Assembly: GCA_965237415.1 (NCBI GenBank)
Contig: CBDEFM010000002.1
Span: forward strand, 3,584,001-3,648,000
From: Alphaproteobacteria bacterium
GTDB taxonomy: Bacteria; Pseudomonadota; Alphaproteobacteria; UBA828
DNA length: 64,000 bases
Direction of reading: 5' to 3'
Every line of letters starts with the position of its first letter. The first letter of the stretch is position 1. The translations under genes were made by a program, and so were the position numbers. The notes beneath the pieces are model-generated. The model worked only from the letters and a program-made list of their open reading frames with translations, did not search any database and was not told the origin of the DNA. Positions 1-8,517 of the stretch are shown here, piece after piece.

Positions 1-115
1 GGGCGTCGATGGCGGCCGGGTCGAGCAGGCCCTTCTCGGTGAGGAGCGTCTCCAGGGCCTTCACCCTCATCGCCGTCTCGGATGGCGGAGCGTTATGGGC
101 GTGATCGTGTGCCAT
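1..115 (-). CDS. nthA: Nitrile hydratase alpha subunit, N-terminus (runs off window)
   Basis: Manual translation from ATG at 115: [38 protein letters not shown], typical NHase alpha N-terminal motif. Confidence 0.85.
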   Translation of the reverse strand, partial: MAHDHAHNAPPSETAMRVKALETLLTEKGLLDPAAIDA

Positions 116-386
116 GATCGAAGATCCCTCATTCGCGAGCCTGATCGGAATGCTATCCGCTGGCGGAAGCCCGTTCAATGGAGTTGGCGGACCCCGTTCG
201 TGGTTGAAGGGGTGCGGATTCGCAATGACGGAGCGGGCTCATGTGCGCCCCAGCGCGCACTCGTCGGTCAAGTCTCACATAACTGTCCTTGCCGTCTCTA
301 CCGCAGCGTCTGTAACCTCGTCTTCCCGTGAATGATTTTCCCCGCCGGCCCATGCCCCCGATCGACTCCCCATTGAGTACGCGTTG

Positions 387-1160
387 ATGCGCTTGGCAGG
401 CAAGCGCGCGCTGGTGACCGGCGGTGCCTCGGGCATCGGCGCTGCGACCGCTGAGCGCTTCGCGGCAGAAGGCGCAACCGTCGCGATTGCCGATCTGAAC
501 GGCGCCGGCGCGGACAAGCACGCGGAAGCAATCCGCGCCCAGGGAGGAACGGCGGTCGGCTTGGCCGCCGACGTCGGAGACGTCGAGTCCGCCGCCGCCA
601 TGGTGGATCGCGCCTGGGAGGCGCTTGAAGGCCTCGACATTATCGTGAACAACGCCGCGATTCCGACGATGGGCACCGTCGAGACCCTCGCCGCTGACGA
701 ATGGGACCGTGTGCTCGACATCGACCTTTCGAGCATCTATCGGACCTGCCGGGCGATTTGGCCGCGCTTCGTCGCAGCCGGCGGCGGGACTATTTTGAAC
801 ACCGCGTCGGTCGCGGGAATCATCGGCATGGCCGGCCAACACGGCTATTCCGCCGCCAAAGCGGGTGTCGTGATGCTGACCAAGTGCATGGCTCTCGACG
901 GCGCCGCCCACGGCATCCGCGTGAACTGCGTCTGTCCCGGCTTCGTCGAAACGCCGATGGTCTTGACGTATTTCGACGCGCAGGATGACCCTGAGGCGAG
1001 CCGGGCGGCAGTCAATGCCGCTCATCCCTTGGGCCGCATCGGGCAACCCGCCGAGATCGCGGCCGCGTTCCTCTATCTTGCCTCCGATGAGGCCCGCTGG
1101 GTCACCGGGACGGCACTCGTGATCGACGGTGGGCTCACCGCCGGACTGCCGCCGGGATAA
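387..1160 (+). CDS. SDR family oxidoreductase
   Basis: TGGASGIG, NNAA, YSAAK, VNCVCPG, IDGG motifs. Confidence 0.95.
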   Translation: MRLAGKRALVTGGASGIGAATAERFAAEGATVAIADLNGAGADKHAEAIRAQGGTAVGLAADVGDVESAAAMVDRAWEALEGLDIIVNNAAIPTMGTVETLAADEWDRVLDIDLSSIYRTCRAIWPRFVAAGGGTILNTASVAGIIGMAGQHGYSAAKAGVVMLTKCMALDGAAHGIRVNCVCPGFVETPMVLTYFDAQDDPEASRAAVNAAHPLGRIGQPAEIAAAFLYLASDEARWVTGTALVIDGGLTAGLPPG

Positions 1161-1217
1161 TCGCGACGGCATCGCAGCGCGCGCGGCACCCGGCGCCGGC
1201 CGGCGTCGGGAGTCGGG

Positions 1218-1530
1218 TTACTCCAGTATGAACTCGCGGATGACCCGCAGCGCTGCCTCCTGGTCGTCGCGTTCGACGCCGTGGCCGCAGCCGGCGAAGC
1301 GCTCGAAGCGCGCCAGGTGAGAGGGCAGCGCGTCGGCGATATCCTCCGATTGCTCCACCGGCGTGACCGGGTCGATCTCGCCCGACATAACCAGCGTGGG
1401 GCAGCGGACCTGCGAGAGCCGAGGCAGGAAGTCGAAGCGGTGGCCCTCGCCGTCGGCGCCGAAGAAGTAGCCGAGCATGTCCACGTTCATGACGGAGCGC
1501 TTCGTGAGATCGGGATCTTGCGGCGCCCTA
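1218..1530 (-). pseudogene. Alpha/beta hydrolase C-terminal fragment
   Basis: CPTLVMSGEIDPVTP...GCGH catalytic Asp/His region; N-terminal half absent. Confidence 0.7.
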
Positions 1531-1599
1531 CAGCGCGCTGCTCGCGTTCCTCTCCGGCCCGCTTGCACACTTCATGTGCCCGTCCACCATTCAGGGCGA

Positions 1600-1806
1600 G
1601 GACGTGAACCCGGTGGGCACCGGGCCCTGGAAGTTCGTGAGCTGGGAGGCAAGCCCACGGCAGGCGAGGTGCCGAGCCCGCTCAATCCGCCGCCGGGCTG
1701 CCGCTTTCACACCCGCTGCCCCATGGCCGAGGAGCGCTGCCGCGTCGAGGAGCCGCCGATACGGGAGATCGCCCCCGGCCACCACGCCGCCTGCCATCTG
1801 ATCTGA
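1600..1806 (+). pseudogene. Fused remnants of a peptide ABC operon (substrate-binding protein fragment + ATPase C-terminus)
   Basis: [13 protein letters not shown] followed within ~20 bp by [20 protein letters not shown]...AACH. Confidence 0.7.
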
Positions 1807-2018
1807 TTGGAAGGCGACGTGACGCTGACTTGGACCGAGCCTCGCGCGGGCGATATCGCCGGACGGGCGCGAGCGCTGCAAAGCATGGTCAGCGCCGGTA
1901 TGCCGCTCGACCAAGCCGCATCCGCTTCCGGTATTCTAATTGTCGTCGACGGGTAGGTTAAAGGGTAAGGCGGGCGGGCACTCCAGCATCCGCCAAAAAA
2001 CATTCACTGTTTGAGCGC

Positions 2019-2807
2019 TCACGCTGGGCGCATGCGACCCGCTATCCGCGCGGCGGCCGAGGTAAGGTCAAGAAAATTAACCTGGACTTCAGGATCTCGG
2101 GTAATAAGTGGCTGGAGAATAGAGAAATAGCACAATACCAAATCATCTAGTGGCGAAAAATTACTCCAATCGTAGTACCTAATATTTGTGAAATCTTTTG
2201 AGTGCTCTGTCAAAAACTCTTCCAGTGTTCCGGTAAAATCCACTAGACCGTCGTGCTGAAATTTTTTCCATGACTCTCTCGCCTCATCTTGTGCCTTTCT
2301 TGCCTCATTCGCGTCCCTAGTCACCTGACACTGAAGTTGAGATCATTTTCAATTGGCAGTGTCGTCACACTAAGTCGCTCTATTGTCGAAGAATGTGGTC
2401 GTGCAATATAGTTGTCTTTATGTGGCGAACTTCAGATTCAGGTGACTAGCATCTACGGTCAAAGACCAAAACAATTCATCTAACTCGTGCCAGTGTTCGT
2501 ATTGACCCTGAACGTGCAAGTGCCGCTTCAACGATTTCAAGGCAAGCTCGATCGCCAAGGGATACATCACAAACAGAATTTGCGACATCCCAACCATTTC
2601 TTGTTCTTCTCTCGTTCGGCGGCCCACTGTAGATATGGTTCGTGAACCGCCTCCCAGCCGTTGTGCCAGCTGTTCCTTCAGCCAGTACAGTGCGGACCCC
2701 AATTCGAGTGTCCGCAATCCGTTGACTCGATCTGAGGGAGCCGAAGCTGTTGTTGTCATCGCGGCAACCTCATCTTGTTTCAATAGGGTGGTTTCAGATC
2801 GCGTCAA
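2019..2807 (-). pseudogene. HEPN-like protein interrupted by a 129-bp MITE
   Basis: ORFs 2418-2807 and 2019-2324 are in the same frame; removing the insert restores ...LTVDARDANEARK...; motifs LAIELALKSL, HELDELF, FTNIRY. Confidence 0.7.
2317..2449. mobile_element. IS630-related MITE
   Basis: CTAG at both ends; TIRs CTAGTCACCTGAcaCTGAAGTT / AACTTCAGatTCAGGTGACTAG resemble the ends of the IS630 at 39726-40914. Confidence 0.85.
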
Positions 2808-2935
2808 ACAAGCGCCCGTTTCTCAAGCGTGCCATCCACTCGGCGATTCCGTCCACGGGGGCAGTTGCCTCGCGTGAGGCAATTCGGCGCTGGTCACTTT
2901 CGGCTCCATAGCCAACAACGGCTGGAGTTGAGTTT

Positions 2936-3217
2936 TCACTTCTTGCCTAGCGAAACGTAGAACTCATCCATACCGGCGCAGAGCTCTTTCGCGGTCTGCC
3001 TCCTCGCCTTGTCAGAGATTCGCCTGCACGCCTCGTTCAGTGCAGAGCTCAGGTCGTCATGAAGCGATCCTATACCATCAAGTCCCACCCCATATTGCCT
3101 AGTCGTTTGATTAACCGAGATCTTTGCAGAAATTCCCTTCCCCGACACCGTCATCTCGCAATCATCGGGTTTGCTCACGATGAACTTCTCACCGTCGTAC
3201 ACGTGTTCCGTTGTCAT
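2936..3217 (-). CDS. Hypothetical protein (93 aa)
   Basis: ORF from ATG 3217 with GGAG upstream; no recognisable motif. Confidence 0.55.
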   Translation of the reverse strand: MTTEHVYDGEKFIVSKPDDCEMTVSGKGISAKISVNQTTRQYGVGLDGIGSLHDDLSSALNEACRRISDKARRQTAKELCAGMDEFYVSLGKK

Positions 3218-3306
3218 GGTCGCTCCGCTCGTCGCGATGTGCCTACATGGTGCCGACATGGCGTTTTCGACCCTCCGCCGAAATCCACCTAACCCATTGA
3301 AAAGAT

Positions 3307-3351
3307 TGGTGGGCGCACTAGGACTCGAACCTAGGACCCGCTGATTAAGAG
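3307..3351 (-). repeat. att site: duplicated 3' 45 bp of tRNA-Lys
   Basis: Identical to 19811-19855. Confidence 0.95.
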
Positions 3352-3414
3352 ATGGCATATGACCAGAGGGCAGGGGTTGTCTTGAGTTGGCTGGACATAG
3401 AAGAAATATATTTA

Positions 3415-3427
3415 TATCAATCAGTTA
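3415..3427 (+). promoter_or_regulatory. IHF-binding site near att
   Basis: TATCAATCAGTTA matches WATCAANNNNTTR, with an AT-rich tract upstream. Confidence 0.6.
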
Positions 3428-3533
3428 TCAGGTGGGATAGGCGGTTTCGAAGGTCAGGGTGTGCAGTGAGTGATCGTGACATTACTTCAGTTTGTTGACT
3501 TTGGTGTTGATCAGATGCGGGCGATGCACCAAC

Positions 3534-4772
3534 ATGGGTCGCATGGGCGAGACCATTGGAAAGCGCGTGGCGAGGGTGAAGCTGACCCTCAGCAAGCGGA
3601 ACATCGACAACCTCGAGGCTGGGAACAAGCCCTGGATCGCGTGGGACGACAAGCTGACCGGCTTCGGGATGAAGGTGTATCCCTCGGGCAAGAAGTCCTT
3701 TGTGGTGAATTACCGCAGCGGAGAGGGGAGTCGGAAGGATCGCAACAATCGTGTCGTCATTGGGCACTACGGCAGGATAAGTGCGGAGGAGGGGCGACGG
3801 CGCGCCCACAAGCTGCTTGGTGAGGTTGCCAGCGGCGGCGACCCAGCGGAAGAACGCGCCGAAGCCCGTCGCATGCCGCTGCTTTCCGAGGCCTTCGAGG
3901 ACTACATGGCGGTCAATCCAAACCGGAAGGCACGCACGAATGAGGACTATCGGAAAGTCTTCAGGCGTTATCTCAGCGACTGGGGGAAGCGTGCCCTGGA
4001 CGCCATTACCCGACAGGACGTGGAGGCCCGCTTCAACAGTCTGACCGTCGAAAGCGGTTGGGCTTCAGCCAACCAAGCCATATCGCTATTGCGTTCGGTG
4101 TATCGACGGCCTTGCGTCGACATCGAGGGGTTACGCAGCCCGGTCGACCTGTGGCTGGCCGGTGGTGGCAAGTTCCATCGAAATGTGCGGCGCAAGATTT
4201 CGTCGCCGGCCGAAGTGCTGCCGCGTTGGCGGATGGGTATCGAGGCCGCGGTGGAAAATCGCGTGATGAGAGACACGCTGTGGTTTGGGGTCTACACCGG
4301 TATGCGCCTCAACGAGGTCCTTCCGCTGCGCTGGGAGAGCGTGGATCGGGATGGCCGGGTCTTCCGGGTTGACGAAACCAAGACGGGGGTTCCGCTTGAA
4401 CTGCCCATTACCCGTCAGGTCGGAACGGTTTTGGATCGTCGTTGGGCGGAGAACGGCGATCAGCAGGGCGGCTGGGTATTTCCATCCCGTCGCAGCGGCA
4501 CGGGGCACATCATAGGCGTGAACAACTATTACGCGGCGATCGGCAAGGCCGGGGGCGCGAAGTTCTGGTATCACGCGCTGCGCAACTGCTTCATTACGAT
4601 CGCTGAACGGGACCTGATGATCGCTCACACCCTGACCAAGCGGCTGGTCAACCATGTCCCGCCGAGGGATGTGACCGAAGGGTACGCAGCAGATTGGACA
4701 ATTGACCAATTGCGTGAGCCTGCCCAAAGGATTGCCGACCGAATCGAGATCCTGATGGGGAAAGGGCTGTGA
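3534..4772 (+). CDS. Tyrosine integrase with N-terminal arm-binding domain
   Basis: WDDKLTGFGMKVYPSGKKSF arm domain; catalytic R (GMRLNE), HALR, NH, Y (VTEGY). Confidence 0.92.
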   Translation: MGRMGETIGKRVARVKLTLSKRNIDNLEAGNKPWIAWDDKLTGFGMKVYPSGKKSFVVNYRSGEGSRKDRNNRVVIGHYGRISAEEGRRRAHKLLGEVASGGDPAEERAEARRMPLLSEAFEDYMAVNPNRKARTNEDYRKVFRRYLSDWGKRALDAITRQDVEARFNSLTVESGWASANQAISLLRSVYRRPCVDIEGLRSPVDLWLAGGGKFHRNVRRKISSPAEVLPRWRMGIEAAVENRVMRDTLWFGVYTGMRLNEVLPLRWESVDRDGRVFRVDETKTGVPLELPITRQVGTVLDRRWAENGDQQGGWVFPSRRSGTGHIIGVNNYYAAIGKAGGAKFWYHALRNCFITIAERDLMIAHTLTKRLVNHVPPRDVTEGYAADWTIDQLREPAQRIADRIEILMGKGL

Positions 4773-4934
4773 TCGCCCAAGACTTGGGCCACGCGTTGGA
4801 TGTCGATTGGCCCGAGAAATCCTTCGTCTTTTCGGGGCCGCACGGACGCAATTCGGATGGCTAAAGAGGGTTGCATTGCAGATTATTCAGGCTATGCCCA
4901 GACAACTCAGAGCAAGGCCTGACAATGAAACTGT

Positions 4935-4979
4935 CTCATAACCTGAAGGTCGTAGGTTCAAATCCTACCCCCGCAACCA
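4935..4979 (+). other. 3' half of initiator tRNA-Met (att remnant)
   Basis: CTCATAACCTGAAGGTCGTAGGTTCAAATCCTACCCCCGCAACCA; 5' half absent. Confidence 0.85.
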
Positions 4980-4981
4980 AT

Positions 4982-5017
4982 AAATCCCCGTTATCTCAGT
5001 AGGATAGCGGGGATTTT
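4982..5017. terminator. Hairpin / rho-independent terminator after tRNA fragment
   Basis: AAATCCCCGTTATC-loop-GATAGCGGGGATTTT. Confidence 0.7.
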
Positions 5018-5164
5018 GGATTCCAAGTCAGCGGAGTTGCTGGATAGCGGTACTTCATAGGTACCGGAATTTTGTAAAGTTGAGAGCACCCCAGGGCAGA
5101 GCTGACGTTTTTGTTCGGTCACGGCGTGATGAAGGGCCGCACGGGGTGACGGAGGACCATGATC

Positions 5165-6046
5165 TCACCGGTTGAGAGTGCGCCGCCAGTCCTTTCGGAG
5201 GGGGCGGAGCCAGATGTCCCTCTTCGGTTGATCCCGTCTGGTGTGTCGGTCGTAGCGGCCCCGTCCCTTGGTGGTTCCGACGAGGGTCCAGCCGGACGCC
5301 TTGTATAGCGCGCCGGTGAAGCGCGGGGTCTCGACGAAGGTCTCGATGAGCACGGGCGTGGTGTTGTAGCGCTCGGTCCAGTCGTCGGGCAGTTGGCGGC
5401 GGACCAGGGAGAGGATGTGCGAGCCCAGGTTCGGGATCGCGATCCAGGGCAGGATCAGGAACCTCGGGTTGTCGATCACGAGCGGAAGGTTCTTCTCGCG
5501 CAGTTGCGGCGTCCATCCGATGAAGCTGTCGCGGGGCGCGAGCTTGCGTGCCGCTGTGCTGAAGCCGAGCATGGCGAGCGGCCCGCCGTCGCGGTCATGG
5601 ACGACGTAGCGCATCTGGGCGCCGACCAGGGTCTTGTATCCGAGGTAGTGGTAGCGGGCGATGAACTCGTTCCAGCGCTTGCCCTCGCGGGTGTAGCGCA
5701 TGACGGGGCGAAGGCTGAGCGGGCGGACCTCATCGAGCGTTGTCGGCGGCGGGAACGGCGGCGGTTCGGTGTCCGGTCCGAAGACCATCGGCCGGCGCGG
5801 GGGGCGTGGCCATTTCGGCGGCGGCAGCGTGATCAGGCCGTCGTTGTACATGGCCAGCATCGTGACCCTGGCCATCATGTCCTTGAGTCCGCCGTCGGGC
5901 TTGAACCAGCCGATGCGCCGGCAGAACTCCCTCGACAGTGCATGGCGGTTGGGCGGCGGGTCGGCGGCAATCAGCGCACGCAGCAGCGCCATCTCCCCGG
6001 TGGTGAAGTGTCGCCCGTAGTAGCGGCACTCGACGTCGGAGGTCAT
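5165..6046 (-). CDS. DUF4338 (DruA-like) domain protein, IS-associated
   Basis: HYLGYKTLVGAQMRY, RDSFIGW, NPRFLILPW, NLGSHIL, ETFVE, YKASGW motifs. Confidence 0.85.
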   Translation of the reverse strand: MTSDVECRYYGRHFTTGEMALLRALIAADPPPNRHALSREFCRRIGWFKPDGGLKDMMARVTMLAMYNDGLITLPPPKWPRPPRRPMVFGPDTEPPPFPPPTTLDEVRPLSLRPVMRYTREGKRWNEFIARYHYLGYKTLVGAQMRYVVHDRDGGPLAMLGFSTAARKLAPRDSFIGWTPQLREKNLPLVIDNPRFLILPWIAIPNLGSHILSLVRRQLPDDWTERYNTTPVLIETFVETPRFTGALYKASGWTLVGTTKGRGRYDRHTRRDQPKRDIWLRPLRKDWRRTLNR

Positions 6047-6545
6047 CCCGGCGCCATCAGAGCGCGCCTGCGTTCCTCGCTCATGGACCATGGAAGCCAT
6101 GGCGACAGGTCGTCTGGCGGTTGGCCGCCATTATTCGCGCAAGCTTGAAGCCACGCCTCCAGCCAGCGCCGGACATCGATGCCGTTGGTCTTCAGCGTGG
6201 CGACGACGGAGTACATCAGCGCGGTGAACCGCGCGCCAGTCTCGCTGTCGGATCCGAAGCTCAGCCGTCTTCCGATGACCGGGCCCCTGAGCGCGCGCTC
6301 GGCGGCATTATTGTCCATGGGCACCTGGGGCTTGTCGACGAAGACGCTCAGCCCGTCGCGATGGTTGAGCAGCGAGCGCAGGGCCTTGGTCTCACGCGCC
6401 CCGGCCGGCAGGGCGGCGAGTTCCCGCTCGGCGGTTGCGAACAGGCGCTCGACCTCCACTTCCAACGCGCCCTGCGCTTGCGCGAACGCCGCCGTCTGGC
6501 GCTCGAGAGCGGGGTCGTAATGCTCCAACCTCGCCTCGTTCACCG
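6043..6545 (-). pseudogene. IS66 transposase C-terminal fragment
   Basis: VPMDNNAAERALRGPVIGRRLSFGS...YSVVATLK...LPW. Confidence 0.85.
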
Positions 6546-7396
6546 CCGAGAACATCCAGGCCTTTCTGCCCACCTTCAAGAACGCCCTCATCCGCCGCGG
6601 GCTCCCCCAGCGCCTATACGTCGACAATGGCGCCGCCTACCGCTCCCGTCAGCTCGTCCTGATCTGCGCAAAGCTCGGCATGGCCCTCGTCCATGCCCGG
6701 CCCTATCAGCCGGCTGGGAAGGGTAAGATCGAGCGCTTCTTCAGGACGCTGCGCGCCGGCTGGCTCAACCACCTCGATCCTCAGGCTCTGGACAGCCTCC
6801 AGACCCTGAACCGCAGCCTCTGGGCCTGGATCGAGGGCGAGTATCACAACTCCCCCCATCGCGGCATCGAGGGGCGCACGCCGCTCGAGCAATGGGCACT
6901 GGCCAGTGCAGGCGTCCGCTACCCCGATGCCACCCTCGACCTCGACGAGATCTTCCTCTTCGAGGCCAGGCGCCTCGTCCACAAGGATCGCACCGTCAGC
7001 CTGAACGGCCGCCTCTACGAGGTCGATCCCCTCCTCGTCGGGCAGAAGGTCATCTTGCGCTACGACCCGGACGCGCCGCCCTCCCGGCCCCTCGATGTCG
7101 TCCACGACGGAAAGCCCGCCGGTAAGGCCAGCCAGCGCCTCGTCGTCCGACACCATCTCACCGGCCTCGATCGGGATGAGGTCGACGCCTATCTCAAGCA
7201 CCGCCTCCGCCTCGCCGGGTGCGAGCTGCCCCTGTTCGAGGCGCCCGCCGTCGAGGCCCTGTTCCAGAGCGCCAGGGGCCTGCCGCGGCAGATCAACCGC
7301 ATCGCCCACTACGCCCTCTCCGCCGCCGCCCTCGACAAGGCAAGAACCGTCAACGCAGAGCACCTCCAGCACGCCCTGGACGAGCTCAGGCCATGA
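6545..7396 (+). pseudogene. Mu-like/rve DDE transposase fragment fused in frame to ExeA-type AAA ATPase C-terminus
   Basis: LYVDNGAAY...KGKIERFFRT then QRLVVRHHLTGL...GLPRQIN; middle deleted. Confidence 0.8.
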
Positions 7397-7593
7397 CTAT
7401 CGTCATCACCCTGCCCGACGAGATCAGCGACGAGACCGCCGCTCACATCGTCGACTTGTGCTACCAACTCGGCCACGTTCTCGAAGGGCACTACTACGGT
7501 CAGATCAGGCGCTATTGCCAGCGCGAGTGCCCGCCACCCTTCGACGACGGGGAACAGATGCCGCTCTTCCCGGAGTTGGATATCCCGTTCTGA
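7393..7593 (+). CDS. Small hypothetical protein of the transposon
   Basis: ATGA overlap with upstream ORF; MTIVITLPDEISDE...DIPF. Confidence 0.6.
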   Translation: MTIVITLPDEISDETAAHIVDLCYQLGHVLEGHYYGQIRRYCQRECPPPFDDGEQMPLFPELDIPF

Positions 7594-7857
7594 AGCGCCG
7601 TCGCGGGTCAGCGCACGGCCGGGGCCGGCCCAATCATGGTGGCACCACCGCCCGTCCCCTTCCGGCTCCCTGAAACGCTTGAGCGCCGCGGGAGCCGGAA
7701 CGGGAATCACTCCCGCTGACCCTCAAGCCACGCCCCAACAAGCAGGACGAAACGATCCGCTCGCCCCTCGCGAGGCAAGCAGAAATGCGTCGGCACCGGC
7801 TCGTCATCGATCCGGCAAAGCCCGAACAATGTGAGAAATCCACGCCTCCGACGCACG

Positions 7858-7901
7858 AAATAATCCGGGAAATCCATCGTCAAATAATCTGCGATACAAC
7901 A
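7858..7901. repeat. Probable transposon right end
   Basis: Two AAATAATC repeats, terminates in ...ACAACA. Confidence 0.5.
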
Positions 7902-8385
7902 CCCCAACTCTGTCGGCTGATATCGATCGCGACATACAGCGTGCCATGCTCGGTACTGGCCGGCGCAGCGGTCTCGTTTCGTGGAGGCATCTTCTGGCTC
8001 CTGTGAGGGATTCTTGAACGACGGCACCGTAGCGTCGGTCGCCAATTCGGCCTCATAGGATCTTCGTAACCGGCTTCGTAGCAGCACAGGATACGGACCT
8101 CCCGGCCGAGATCCCGTTCGGCCTTCGCCCGATGACGCTCGATCAAATCCCTGAGGCCCTCCACATCCGCGCTGCCAAGCGAGTGCAGGCCGATGCGCTC
8201 GCTCGTCGGACCCTTGATGCCGACTACCCAACTCTTCCCGCTGATCTCGATCGCGACATAAAGCGTGCCGTAGTCCGCACCGGCCGGTGCCGCAGTCTGC
8301 TTCCTCGAAGGCATTCGGTATCTCCTAGTGAGGCTTTCAAAACAGCAGGACCGTAACGTCGGTCCCGATTCGGCCTCATAGGATC
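7902..8385 (-). pseudogene. Two tandem IS110 N-terminal remnants
   Basis: YVAIEISGKSWVVG...CYEAGY and YVAIDISRQSW; repeated ATTCGGCCTCATAGGATCT. Confidence 0.75.
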
Positions 8386-8464
8386 TACGGGGACAAGCTA
8401 CCGCCGAAGCCCGTGGCACACTTTTACTCCGCCGCGCCGGTACACAATCCCGCCGCCGTTGACA
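8385..8464. mobile_element. Orphan IS21 right end
   Basis: Near-identical to 58785-58864, ending CCGCCGCCGTTGACA. Confidence 0.85.
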
Positions 8465-8517
8465 GCTTGGGCTTTCTCACCTGAGGGGTAGGAAACGTAA
8501 TCGGTTTGAGGATGTCC

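Noticed and set aside
2936-3358. Long ORF version starting MPSLNQRVLGSSPSAPT (also 19686-19919)
   Set aside because: The shared peptide is just translation through the tRNA-Lys/att sequence.
4935-4979. Functional tRNA-Met gene
   Set aside because: Acceptor 5' strand and D-arm are missing.
5165-6046. Druantia defence system
   Set aside because: Only a DUF4338 gene coupled to IS66; no DruE helicase or other dru genes.
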